The position numbers and the translations under genes are program-made. Of a stretch of 64,000 bases of DNA, positions 30,229 to 38,186 are shown in pieces. Position 1 is the first letter of the stretch, and the number at the start of each line of letters is the position of its first letter. The stretch lies in IMG/VR virus record IMGVR_UViG_3300020185_000011. The stretch is one strand, 5' to 3'. The DNA comes from a virus. The notes beneath the pieces are model-generated. The model ran no database searches and was not told where the DNA came from. It saw only the letters and a list, made by a program, of their open reading frames with translations.

Positions 30229-30872
30229 TGCCGATACGAAAACTAGTAGTCAGTACACAAGTAGTCAAAGATGCTTCACATGAGTATGAGGAGACTGCAT
30301 CCAATCTACTAATGATTGCAGATAGCGTATTGACACAAGAGTCATGTGATGTTATTATAAATGTAATGGATAGAATGGTAATATCCGAAGTTTTCCAAGA
30401 GGATAATGGACAGATATGTGCCAAAGAACTGTCTGTTATGGATAAATCATGGAGATACGAACATCCACGTACTGGACACGATGTGACTGTACTGGAACAA
30501 GGTACTACACCATTCGAGGAAGTTCTAGACTTAGTGGAGCCATATCTTCCTAAAACTGCAGAGTTTGGAGAAATAACGTATGCTACGATAATGAAATATC
30601 CAACGGATACAATGTTCCAATGGCATAAAGATGAAGCAGACCAAGATGATACAGGTACAACAATCTTTATGTTGAATGACAATTATCAAGGTGGACGTTT
30701 GAATGTCGAAGGACATATCTTACAACCACGAACAGGAACCATGGTTGCATTCAACAATTCCACTGAAAGGTGGCATGGAGTGGAACCTCTCTTTCAAGGT
30801 GAAAGATACGTTCTAGCAATATGGTTTAAACGACATAACGAAGAAGGAAGTGACTTCGATGAACAAGATTAA
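30228..30872 (+). CDS. 2OG-Fe(II) oxygenase (P4H-like)
   Basis: WHKD, LNDNYQGG, WHGV, RYVLAIW. Confidence 0.85.
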   Translation: MPIRKLVVSTQVVKDASHEYEETASNLLMIADSVLTQESCDVIINVMDRMVISEVFQEDNGQICAKELSVMDKSWRYEHPRTGHDVTVLEQGTTPFEEVLDLVEPYLPKTAEFGEITYATIMKYPTDTMFQWHKDEADQDDTGTTIFMLNDNYQGGRLNVEGHILQPRTGTMVAFNNSTERWHGVEPLFQGERYVLAIWFKRHNEEGSDFDEQD

Positions 30873-31032
30873 ATGTAGTGAGTGTAAAAAAGAACTAGAT
30901 ATGACACAAGTCAAATACCACACACCAATCAACCAAAAACCAGTGCATGTTTTTTGTGATGCATATTGTAGTCATGACTGGCATGTTAAACATAAACCCC
31001 GAACCAAGGAGCAAAATGCCGACAAAATTTAA
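30859..31032 (+). CDS. small zinc-finger protein
   Basis: CSEC...FCDAYCS. Confidence 0.6.
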   Translation: MNKIKCSECKKELDMTQVKYHTPINQKPVHVFCDAYCSHDWHVKHKPRTKEQNADKI

Positions 31033-31255
31033 ACCAACCCAAAAAACCGTTGCACGTGGAACAGGAAAAGTTTCAGTAACACATTATTATATGAAATCTA
31101 CTCCACTGAAAGAGCTTATTGAAGAATACAATAAGATACTTACACAACGAGGGAAAGGTAAATTGCGTCAGAAGATTGCAAACGAGTTCGTGAGAAGAAG
31201 AAAGAATGGATTGCCACATGCAGTCCTTACTGAAAAGAGGTCAGATGAAGAATAG
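31016..31255 (+). CDS. hypothetical basic protein
   Basis: AGGAG RBS before ATG 31016. Confidence 0.65.
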   Translation: MPTKFKPTQKTVARGTGKVSVTHYYMKSTPLKELIEEYNKILTQRGKGKLRQKIANEFVRRRKNGLPHAVLTEKRSDEE

Positions 31256-31874
31256 CCCTGAAGGTGAACTCATCACACCATTCGGCCCACCAGTTTGGGT
31301 TGGAAAGATGGATATGGATGTCATCGATGAAGTTAATCGAGATATAGAATCACGTAGATACAACAAAGACCACAAGATAGGTGCAGACTTACTTGCTGGT
31401 AGAGTTGATACACAAGTATCCATTGAAGATGTAGTAACCGAGAATACAAAGAGTCACATTCTAGACCATGTAGTGACATGGGCCCAACAGATAGGTATGG
31501 AAGTTTACAGTGAACAGCTGCAAATAGAGGGCCTTTGGGTTAATCTACAGAAAGAATTTGAATACAATCCTATTCATGCACATGATGGTATGTTTAGTTT
31601 CGTATTCTACACAAAGAACACCATCAAACGAGATGTCGCTATCAATAATCAATTTGATAGGGCCACAACGAAAGAGTCTAGACCACTTGCTGGTCATATA
31701 GACTTACATTATGGAGAGAACAATTTTATGAATTGGACATCCATGTCACATTACCCCGAGAAGGGAGATATACTTATCTTCCCATCGTGGTTGAATCATT
31801 CTGTCTACCCATTCCATGACCCACAAGGTGAAAGGATATCGGTAGCAGGTAACGTACACTATAAAACGGTGTAA
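31245..31874 (+). CDS. 2OG-Fe(II) oxygenase-like protein
   Basis: WVN..YNPIHAH, FPSWLNHSVYP, RISVAGN. Confidence 0.8.
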   Translation: MKNSPEGELITPFGPPVWVGKMDMDVIDEVNRDIESRRYNKDHKIGADLLAGRVDTQVSIEDVVTENTKSHILDHVVTWAQQIGMEVYSEQLQIEGLWVNLQKEFEYNPIHAHDGMFSFVFYTKNTIKRDVAINNQFDRATTKESRPLAGHIDLHYGENNFMNWTSMSHYPEKGDILIFPSWLNHSVYPFHDPQGERISVAGNVHYKTV

Positions 31875-31888
31875 AGGAGAAGTAATTT

Positions 31889-32050
31889 ATGGCATTTTGG
31901 GATAAATTCACAGACTGGTTAGGATTTGAATGGGTCAGAGCAAGAGACGAGAAAGGTCGTTTTGTTGCAGACGATAAATCTACACCTAACATAGACGAGT
32001 CTAAAAAGAAAGTCTATAAGTCAAGAAAGACAAAACAAATTAAAGAATAG
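31889..32050 (+). CDS. small basic protein (53 aa)
   Basis: AAGGAG RBS; MAFWDKF...RARDEKGRFVADDKSTP; not in ORF track. Confidence 0.65.
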   Translation: MAFWDKFTDWLGFEWVRARDEKGRFVADDKSTPNIDESKKKVYKSRKTKQIKE

Positions 32051-32056
32051 TTTACT

Positions 32057-32132
32057 GGGGCTATAGCTCAGTTGGGAGAGCGACTGGTTTGCAATCAGTA
32101 GGTCGTGGGTTCGATTCCCTCTAGCTCCACCA
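32057..32132 (+). tRNA. tRNA-Ala(UGC)
   Basis: GGGGCTA/TAGCTCC with G3-U70, TT TGC AA loop, GTTCGATTC, CCA. Confidence 0.95.
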
Positions 32133-32137
32133 GTACT

Positions 32138-32165
32138 AATCATGATAATAAAATCATGATAATAA
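32138..32165 (+). repeat. 14-bp tandem direct repeat AATCATGATAATAA x2
   Basis: exact copies at 32138-32151 and 32152-32165, each containing palindrome ATCATGAT. Confidence 0.85.
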
Positions 32166-32179
32166 AAAAAGGAGAATAT

Positions 32180-32821
32180 ATGAAAAATATATTAGCAACA
32201 TTATTGTTTACAGTAATGTCATTTGGAGTCTTAGCAGATGAAAGAGCAGGGGTGGAATCAACACCATCATTTTCTTTCACTGGTGAGATAGGTTATAAAT
32301 CAGACTATGTATGGAGAGGTGTCTCACAAGGAAACCAACCAGCATTGTCAGTCGGTGGTTTGGTTCTTCACGAGGGAACTGGACTATATGTTGGTGCATG
32401 GAACTCAGACGTTGAGTTTGATGATGCAACCAGTGAGACAGATTTCTATGGTGGTCTATTACTACCTATAACCGACAAGGTAACATTGAACGTTGGGTAT
32501 ATCAGATATACATACGATGGGTCAGTGGAATCTTTTGAAGAGTTATATGCAGCTGCAGATATTGGCAACCTATCCTTATCATACTATCAAGATATTGATA
32601 CGAATGATAACTATGCCGAGATTGGATATGACCTATGGTTCATTCCAGTATTGGACGTAACATTGGTTGGTGGTCTATATGACAGTGAAGATACATTCGG
32701 TCAACTCAATGTGAGTTATGACTTGAATGAGAGTTTTACCTTAACAGGTATGATTGGTCAAGATGTGTTCGAAGACCAAGTTGCAGATAGTATATCAGTA
32801 GGATTACTATACAACTTCTAA
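32180..32821 (+). CDS. TorF-like (TIGR02001-type) outer-membrane beta-barrel/porin
   Basis: signal peptide, SDYVWRGVSQ, GLYVGAWNS, ETDFYGG, C-terminal YNF. Confidence 0.8.
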   Translation: MKNILATLLFTVMSFGVLADERAGVESTPSFSFTGEIGYKSDYVWRGVSQGNQPALSVGGLVLHEGTGLYVGAWNSDVEFDDATSETDFYGGLLLPITDKVTLNVGYIRYTYDGSVESFEELYAAADIGNLSLSYYQDIDTNDNYAEIGYDLWFIPVLDVTLVGGLYDSEDTFGQLNVSYDLNESFTLTGMIGQDVFEDQVADSISVGLLYNF

Positions 32822-32840
32822 GTTGTTGATTCACCTATAT

Positions 32841-32870
32841 ATAAGTGTGACACATAAATGTCACACTTAT
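32841..32870. repeat. perfect 12-bp inverted repeat overlapping 11-bp direct repeats
   Basis: ATAAGTGTGACA-cataaa-TGTCACACTTAT. Confidence 0.85.
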
Positions 32871-32951
32871 GTAACAAGTACGATACAAGAGTAAGTAGAT
32901 TAAGTTCGAAGTCCGAGTATCAGATTGTTACGACAAATATAGGAGATAAAA

Positions 32952-33065
32952 ATGCAATATTACGCATCATTGTCTGCCTCGTATCTTAGGACACTAGCAG
33001 ACAAATTTAACGATATGATGAAGAGTGGTGACATACACGTTCTTGTAGAAGAAATGTTTAAATAG
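32952..33065 (+). CDS. small protein (37 aa)
   Basis: AGGAG RBS; MQYYASLSASYLRTLADKFNDMMKSGDIHVLVEEMFK. Confidence 0.55.
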   Translation: MQYYASLSASYLRTLADKFNDMMKSGDIHVLVEEMFK

Positions 33066-33076
33066 CCAGTTGACGA

Positions 33077-33118
33077 GACCCTTCATATATCTTATAATAG
33101 AAGTATGAAGGGTTTTTT
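33077..33118 (+). terminator. putative intrinsic terminator
   Basis: ACCCTTCATA...TATGAAGGGT followed by T tract. Confidence 0.6.
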
Positions 33119-33170
33119 ATACCCTAAATAAAATCAGAAATCAAATATATTATTTTTATAGGAGTGTTAA

Positions 33171-34049
33171 ATGTTTGAAGTGGTTACAATTAAGACCGAT
33201 GGTCTTGGAGTTACATCTGAAGATGTAAATCGATTAAAGTTATCGTTAGACAGACAGAGAAGTCTAACAAATGACGGTATGTCCATCGCAAGGTTATCTT
33301 GCTATACCGATGACCCTACAGGTCTTGATGAAGGCATCCGTGTTATCCCATTAATGAAAGACCCCGAAATCATTCATGACGAATGGTATCAAGTCTTACT
33401 ATGGGACGGAGATATGAAGGGACTTAGAGAAGAATCTAAGTGTACCTATGTCAATGCAAGAGTCGTTGCAAGACAAATGTGTACATCCGTCATATACGAA
33501 GGTCTACCTTCTAAAGGTACTACAGACGAATGCAACTTCACCTTCACAGATGAAGAAACTGCAGCTATCAAAGAGAATAATACATCATTCTTCTTTCAAG
33601 AAAGAAACTGGATGGAAGATGGGGATACTCAATACTTCCCACATTTCTGTGGCTGGGTACAAGGTGATGGTAAGTACATTATCGACAATTTCCTCGCTGA
33701 CAAAGCAGGCATTCAAGAAAAGTATGGTGCAAACGTACAGCAATACATCGAAGACCAAATTGCAGAGAACAAAGGTATGGTGTTAAACACTAACCATGGT
33801 ATCGTAGGTCAATACATTATTGGTGATGAGTTTGCAAACTTGGAAATGAATCAGAAATGGGAAACCAATGTACGACCATCATTCGAGAATGAAGGAGAAT
33901 GGAGAGGACTTGGTGGAGACCAACAAGCACAATTCATTACCTTTGAACACGAGTACAGAGATATCAGTCAACAATGTAGCTTTCTACATTTAAAAGGAGA
34001 AGGGAAAGACCCTAAATCCGACAGGTATCTTGAACTGTGGGTTCTATAA
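33171..34049 (+). CDS. hypothetical, possibly glycosyltransferase-like
   Basis: CYTDDPTGLDEGIRVIPL resembles N-termini of phage GT-like proteins; no clear DxD. Confidence 0.45.
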   Translation: MFEVVTIKTDGLGVTSEDVNRLKLSLDRQRSLTNDGMSIARLSCYTDDPTGLDEGIRVIPLMKDPEIIHDEWYQVLLWDGDMKGLREESKCTYVNARVVARQMCTSVIYEGLPSKGTTDECNFTFTDEETAAIKENNTSFFFQERNWMEDGDTQYFPHFCGWVQGDGKYIIDNFLADKAGIQEKYGANVQQYIEDQIAENKGMVLNTNHGIVGQYIIGDEFANLEMNQKWETNVRPSFENEGEWRGLGGDQQAQFITFEHEYRDISQQCSFLHLKGEGKDPKSDRYLELWVL

Positions 34050-34744
34050 GACAATCCGAAGACTATCACATAGTCATACCAAAGTTCTACAGTGAAGTCG
34101 AATGTGACTCCATTGTAGAACTTATTTCTACACATCACACACAACTTATCGAAGAATTCTCACCCGAGAATATCGTATGGGCAGACTCCGATGGATACAC
34201 TGGTCTCACTGCACTACATTCCACCTATAACTGGATACCTCTTATCGAAGACGAACTGGGTATCAATCTCATAGAAAGAATCATGTCATTCGTAGACACA
34301 CGAGACTGCAAGGATGTGTTTATTAAGAGTTGGTGTAATCGATGGGACAAAGGCGAAGGCATAAGACCCCACATTCACGCGGGTCTAGAGTTAAATCAAA
34401 TAGGGGAACACGATTGGGAAATAGATAAGTCACAACAACACATCATTCCTATCGTAAACCAACACATGATTAGCGGTAATATATTCCTTAGTCATAACGA
34501 CCATAGAGAATACGGTACATGGTATCAAGGTAAGGGATGGGTAGAAAACATAAGAGGTGACTTGCATTTGTTTAGTCCACTCATCGTGCATTCCGTAGAC
34601 TCCAACACGAGACAGGAGGCTAGATGTTCTCAAGCATTCGACATTCACATAGACGGTCACATGTCATCAACAACATTAAACCCACCCAGTATATACCACG
34701 AGGAACGAGCCTTAGAGTCTTTTCTACATATAGAGATAGATTAA
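34037..34744 (+). CDS. 2OG-Fe(II) oxygenase-like protein
   Basis: SWCN..PHIH, SGNIFL, HSV, RCSQAFD. Confidence 0.65.
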   Translation: MGSIRQSEDYHIVIPKFYSEVECDSIVELISTHHTQLIEEFSPENIVWADSDGYTGLTALHSTYNWIPLIEDELGINLIERIMSFVDTRDCKDVFIKSWCNRWDKGEGIRPHIHAGLELNQIGEHDWEIDKSQQHIIPIVNQHMISGNIFLSHNDHREYGTWYQGKGWVENIRGDLHLFSPLIVHSVDSNTRQEARCSQAFDIHIDGHMSSTTLNPPSIYHEERALESFLHIEID

Positions 34745-35382
34745 TTATTATCGTTTGCTAGTTCCCCAACAACCAACTCACCAATCAAATTCACATTACT
34801 AATCCACCTATCAATCCCCATAGTATTTTGATAGGAATGCCACGACCTTTGAGACGGTCTAAACATATAAGCATCATTCACACCCCACTCATGACACCAT
34901 ACACGAGACACGGGCTTAGACTTATCAGAGGTAATACCATGAAACTTCGTAGGGTCACCCATATCACTTAAAGGAACAAGTATCGTCAGCAACTTCCTGC
35001 TTCCCATATCCGTATGAGGGGGATAAAGCTTATTATAGGGGGGAGAACCACGTGCAGACTCATCAACCCATTGAGGAACCTTAGTGTTATCCCCATGGTA
35101 TTGAATGTCATCTATCTCAGTCAATTCACGTATAAGAGACCAATTATCCAATAACCATTGAGACTTCTCAGAGACAAACTTAGATTGTGGGTCAGTGGTA
35201 TACTCTATTTTCATAGATGGATAACAAGTATCGGGTACATACCCACCTATCTTATTCACATCATGTGCTATACGCTCTCTTATATGTGTCAGTTCCTTCT
35301 CAGAGTAGTAGTTAGGAATACGAAAGATTTCCCCATAGAGGGGGACTGAGGGGGTGATTGAATATAATTCAAAGGGTATCAT
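34741..35382 (-). CDS. 2OG-Fe(II) oxygenase-like protein
   Basis: YPPHTD..KLLTILV, SWHSY, RWISNVN. Confidence 0.65.
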   Translation of the reverse strand: MIPFELYSITPSVPLYGEIFRIPNYYSEKELTHIRERIAHDVNKIGGYVPDTCYPSMKIEYTTDPQSKFVSEKSQWLLDNWSLIRELTEIDDIQYHGDNTKVPQWVDESARGSPPYNKLYPPHTDMGSRKLLTILVPLSDMGDPTKFHGITSDKSKPVSRVWCHEWGVNDAYMFRPSQRSWHSYQNTMGIDRWISNVNLIGELVVGELANDNN

Positions 35383-35554
35383 GGTGGACTCTAATATAAT
35401 GTGTGGTATAGTGTGTCAAAGTGTGTAATAATAATGGTATTTAGTTGGAGTGTGAGAAAGTGGAATAAAGTGGGTTTCGGTGCTTGTGTTCGGAGACCTT
35501 AATCACATATTTAGTTGGGGGTCAAGGCACCTCAGAGGGGTCAGAGGGGCTCAG

Positions 35555-35583
35555 AGTATATCACAGAAAGCCCGTAATAGCAA
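35555..35583 (-). promoter_or_regulatory. leftward early promoter
   Basis: minus strand CCTTGCTA-17bp-TATACT. Confidence 0.55.
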
Positions 35584-35609
35584 GGCTGGCGCATTGATTT
35601 CGCTAGGGA

Positions 35610-35658
35610 AACTACACTTTCTTGCAGTAAATTCTTCTGAGCAACTACACTTTCTTGC
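35610..35658 (+). repeat. 16-bp direct repeat AACTACACTTTCTTGC x2
   Basis: copies at 35610-35625 and 35643-35658 (33-bp period). Confidence 0.85.
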
Positions 35659-35697
35659 GGGAACTCAAAGAAATCCGCAGAACTTCGGCGAGAAGCC

Positions 35698-35726
35698 TTG
35701 ACAATGACCCGCTATCTTGGTATAAT
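35698..35726 (+). promoter_or_regulatory. early promoter
   Basis: GCCTTGACA-17bp-TATAAT. Confidence 0.8.
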
Positions 35727-35732
35727 ATACGT

Positions 35733-35831
35733 ATGATAAAGATTATTAAACAACACGGACTGCTTGATGCAGACTTCATTCAACCTATTATAGGACTATT
35801 GGTTCTTATTACGCTAGGGGAAATCATCTAA
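35733..35831 (+). CDS. small membrane peptide (32 aa)
   Basis: MIKIIKQHGLLDADFIQPIIGLLVLITLGEII; ATG at predicted +1; TAATG coupled to next ORF. Confidence 0.5.
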   Translation: MIKIIKQHGLLDADFIQPIIGLLVLITLGEII

Positions 35832-36055
35832 TGTATAACGGACTGAATGGTGTGCATCTAGCATCCAATATACCTGTCTCTATAGAGCTTAATGACGTAG
35901 AGATGTCGTATGCATGTGATAGTGACCCTGTTAGCTGTAACGCTAGTTGGGAGACTATGTGTGCGATGGTGCTTGAGCGTCTGGGTATCGAGATTATAGA
36001 CTGCATAGAACTAGAAGAAATCGTCATAAAGGGGGTTGCAAAACCCTTTCATTGA
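35831..36055 (+). CDS. hypothetical early protein
   Basis: 74 aa ORF. Confidence 0.6.
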   Translation: MYNGLNGVHLASNIPVSIELNDVEMSYACDSDPVSCNASWETMCAMVLERLGIEIIDCIELEEIVIKGVAKPFH

Positions 36056-36064
36056 TGGTATACT
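36036..36064 (+). promoter_or_regulatory. early promoter
   Basis: TTGCAA-17bp-TATACT; no ORF downstream. Confidence 0.6.
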
Positions 36065-36070
36065 AGTAGT

Positions 36071-36213
36071 ATGAAATAGAAACATGGGAGTTGAACTGAG
36101 GATTGTACCGTGGATTGCTAAGAGTTAAGTCTCAGTGGGTTGTTACCGAAAGCACGCGTGGTGATGAGAAGCGCCACCCCTCTAGGCCCTGCTATAGCAG
36201 GGTTTCCTAGGGG
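36071..36213 (+). ncRNA. candidate structured small RNA
   Basis: promoter-driven, ORF-free, stems ACTGAG/CTCAGT, GTGGTG/CGCCAC, CCCTGC/GCAGGG. Confidence 0.4.
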
Positions 36214-36215
36214 CC

Positions 36216-36244
36216 TTGACAAGAGCACGCTAATATGTTATAAT
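36216..36244 (+). promoter_or_regulatory. early promoter
   Basis: GCCTTGACA-17bp-TATAAT. Confidence 0.8.
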
Positions 36245-36252
36245 GGAGAGTT

Positions 36253-36432
36253 ATGTCAACGAAATGGAATACTGTAGATGTATACAGTATAGATACGAAG
36301 GTGACCAATATAGATGGGTCACATGAGTTACTTAAGCGTACAGAGAAACCTGTGAGTCTCAGAGAGGCGCTCAGAGTGTGTGCAGAGTTAGAGGAGGCCC
36401 AACACGTAGTCGAACTACGGAAAGCCTCTTAG
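36253..36432 (+). CDS. hypothetical early protein (59 aa)
   Basis: MSTKWNTVDVYSID...ELRKAS; follows promoter. Confidence 0.55.
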   Translation: MSTKWNTVDVYSIDTKVTNIDGSHELLKRTEKPVSLREALRVCAELEEAQHVVELRKAS

Positions 36433-36544
36433 AACAGTGCTGTGGGACTCCTAGGGTATCTGGGCAGCAACTCAACCCCCTACCTCTATAGCTCTATGAA
36501 GCATTCTATATGACCACAGTAAATTTTTTTTTTGGTAAATTTTT

Positions 36545-36805
36545 ATGAGTAAATTCAAAATAATACAAGGGAGTAAATCCGAGAAGGATAGAATACTCTT
36601 ATATAATGGACGTGCAGTAGCATTCGAAGATGTTGCAAAGATGTGTATCTTCTTTATAGCAAACGAAGACAACTTATACCCACCCCCTAGATTTAAAGGT
36701 GGTCAAATGTTCATAGATTATATGACAGAGGTCTTAGAGACAAGACGTGTACCTACAGATAGTAAGTATGCAATACAAAAGAACAAGGGAGTGGTTAAGG
36801 TATGA
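36545..36805 (+). CDS. hypothetical protein
   Basis: 86 aa ORF. Confidence 0.65.
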   Translation: MSKFKIIQGSKSEKDRILLYNGRAVAFEDVAKMCIFFIANEDNLYPPPRFKGGQMFIDYMTEVLETRRVPTDSKYAIQKNKGVVKV

Positions 36806-37035
36806 GTCCTAAATCACGAAGAATACACAAAGAAACCTTTACCACAGTCTTCACTGGCTTGTTAATTAACTATCCATTGAATCTATTGGGTCTCTATGTC
36901 TGTATTGACCTACTCGAATGGACAGACACACTCACCATAGGTAGTACCATTACTGCATGGATGACAGGTGTTGCATACACACGTGTGTATATCATACGTA
37001 GACATTTTTATAATAGGGGTGTTGCATCTAATTAG
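36802..37035 (+). CDS. small membrane protein
   Basis: two hydrophobic segments, RVYIIRRHF. Confidence 0.65.
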   Translation: MSPKSRRIHKETFTTVFTGLLINYPLNLLGLYVCIDLLEWTDTLTIGSTITAWMTGVAYTRVYIIRRHFYNRGVASN

Positions 37036-37176
37036 AGACCTAAGTCATGCTTAGGCATCTAATTGCACTCACTCGGGGTAGGGACAGGGAATCGAACATC
37101 ACCAAGTCCACAAATACTTACACGACATGCGTGAAACCGTATTCCCATCCCCCCAGTTTTATGGTATAATAGACTT

Positions 37177-37392
37177 ATGAAAAAATATTTAATTACGATA
37201 CTATCAGTATTCACTATGACCTCTTGCAGTACATTGGATAAAGCAATTGAAATAGAAGAAATCATCAATGACCCCTACCGTACACCCTTAGAGGAACGAT
37301 TAGAACGATACGAAGCCTGTGAGTGGTTATTAGAGTTGGATACATTCGAACAATATTTGATGTGTATATGTCCTACGTGTCATATATCATGA
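37177..37392 (+). CDS. small putative lipoprotein
   Basis: MKKYLITILSVFTMTS/C; TGGTATAAT 6 nt upstream. Confidence 0.55.
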   Translation: MKKYLITILSVFTMTSCSTLDKAIEIEEIINDPYRTPLEERLERYEACEWLLELDTFEQYLMCICPTCHIS

Positions 37393-37691
37393 GGCATGGT
37401 TCAATGACACACTCTTTTAGTGGTAAGAAACGTAAAACCAATGCATGGAAGACTCGTACTAAGACCGCTAAGGATTATAATTGGAATGTGAGTGTGAAAA
37501 CGGTAGCTCCTTACGTGCGTGAGAGTGTATACTATCCGTCGGCGTCACCTTGTGATTCCCCTAAGACATCAAATACCCTAAGTAAAGAAGAACGTCAACG
37601 TATCTCGTCCGAGTATACCATTGCACCGTCTTATAATAAGGGTGCGTATCAAGTAATACCTCGGAATGAGGTCAAACACATAGGGAGATAG
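37389..37691 (+). CDS. conserved hypothetical phage protein
   Basis: YTIAPSYNKGAYQVI motif. Confidence 0.65.
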   Translation: MRHGSMTHSFSGKKRKTNAWKTRTKTAKDYNWNVSVKTVAPYVRESVYYPSASPCDSPKTSNTLSKEERQRISSEYTIAPSYNKGAYQVIPRNEVKHIGR

Positions 37692-37697
37692 TAACTT

Positions 37698-37865
37698 ATG
37701 AGATTATTTTTAGTGTCGTACCTAGGATGTAGAATATTTAAAGACAGAAGTCCCGCTGGTGTACCACGTTTCATCGTAGAGACACCGAATTCGGTTCGAT
37801 TGTACTCTTCCACATGGTATAACCTACCACAAATAAAAGGATTTATTGAAAATGAGTTTCTTTGA
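37698..37865 (+). CDS. hypothetical protein (55 aa)
   Basis: GGAG RBS; MRLFLVSYLGCRIFKDR... Confidence 0.5.
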   Translation: MRLFLVSYLGCRIFKDRSPAGVPRFIVETPNSVRLYSSTWYNLPQIKGFIENEFL

Positions 37866-37990
37866 TATTCTTTTTCTACCTTTTTACGTGTTTGCATTCT
37901 GTGTAACCCTAGGATTATGGTTTACACTCTTTATATTCGTCCATTATCAACTGAAAAAATACCTATCTTACAGGAGAACTAAATAAAACC

Positions 37991-38170
37991 ATGAGTACTG
38001 AATTAATATTAATACATATCGGGTTTATATCTGCACTCGTTTACTTTGTGTTCCGTAGTGGACAAAGAAGTGGACGTGAAGAGATGGTGAGCCAACTCAT
38101 TCACGACAAATTTGTCGACCCAAAGGCTATAATAACTTTCTACCGTGGCAATGAAGACACTGTAGAGTAA
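37991..38170 (+). CDS. small membrane protein (59 aa)
   Basis: MSTELILIHIGFISALVYFVFRSG...; CTAAATA 5 nt upstream. Confidence 0.55.
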   Translation: MSTELILIHIGFISALVYFVFRSGQRSGREEMVSQLIHDKFVDPKAIITFYRGNEDTVE

Positions 38171-38186
38171 CAACAAAGGATATATT

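Noticed and set aside
32138-32165. Fur box
   Set aside because: GATAAT hexamers are present but do not fit the 19-bp or 7-1-7 consensus.
35610-35658. Mini CRISPR array
   Set aside because: Only two 16-bp repeats with a 17-bp spacer. The PD-(D/E)xK exonuclease at 52412 is the common T4-like enzyme, not evidence of a Cas locus.
36096-36151. Hammerhead ribozyme (CTGAGGA...GAAA)
   Set aside because: No closing stem II between CTGAGGA and GAAA, and the related copy at 55392 lacks CUGANGA.
37021-37160. Possible structured RNA (CCTAAG/CTTAGG hairpin, GGGAAT/ATTCCC pairing, GCATCTAATT repeat)
   Set aside because: Pairings are short and no upstream promoter is evident, so it is too weak to call.
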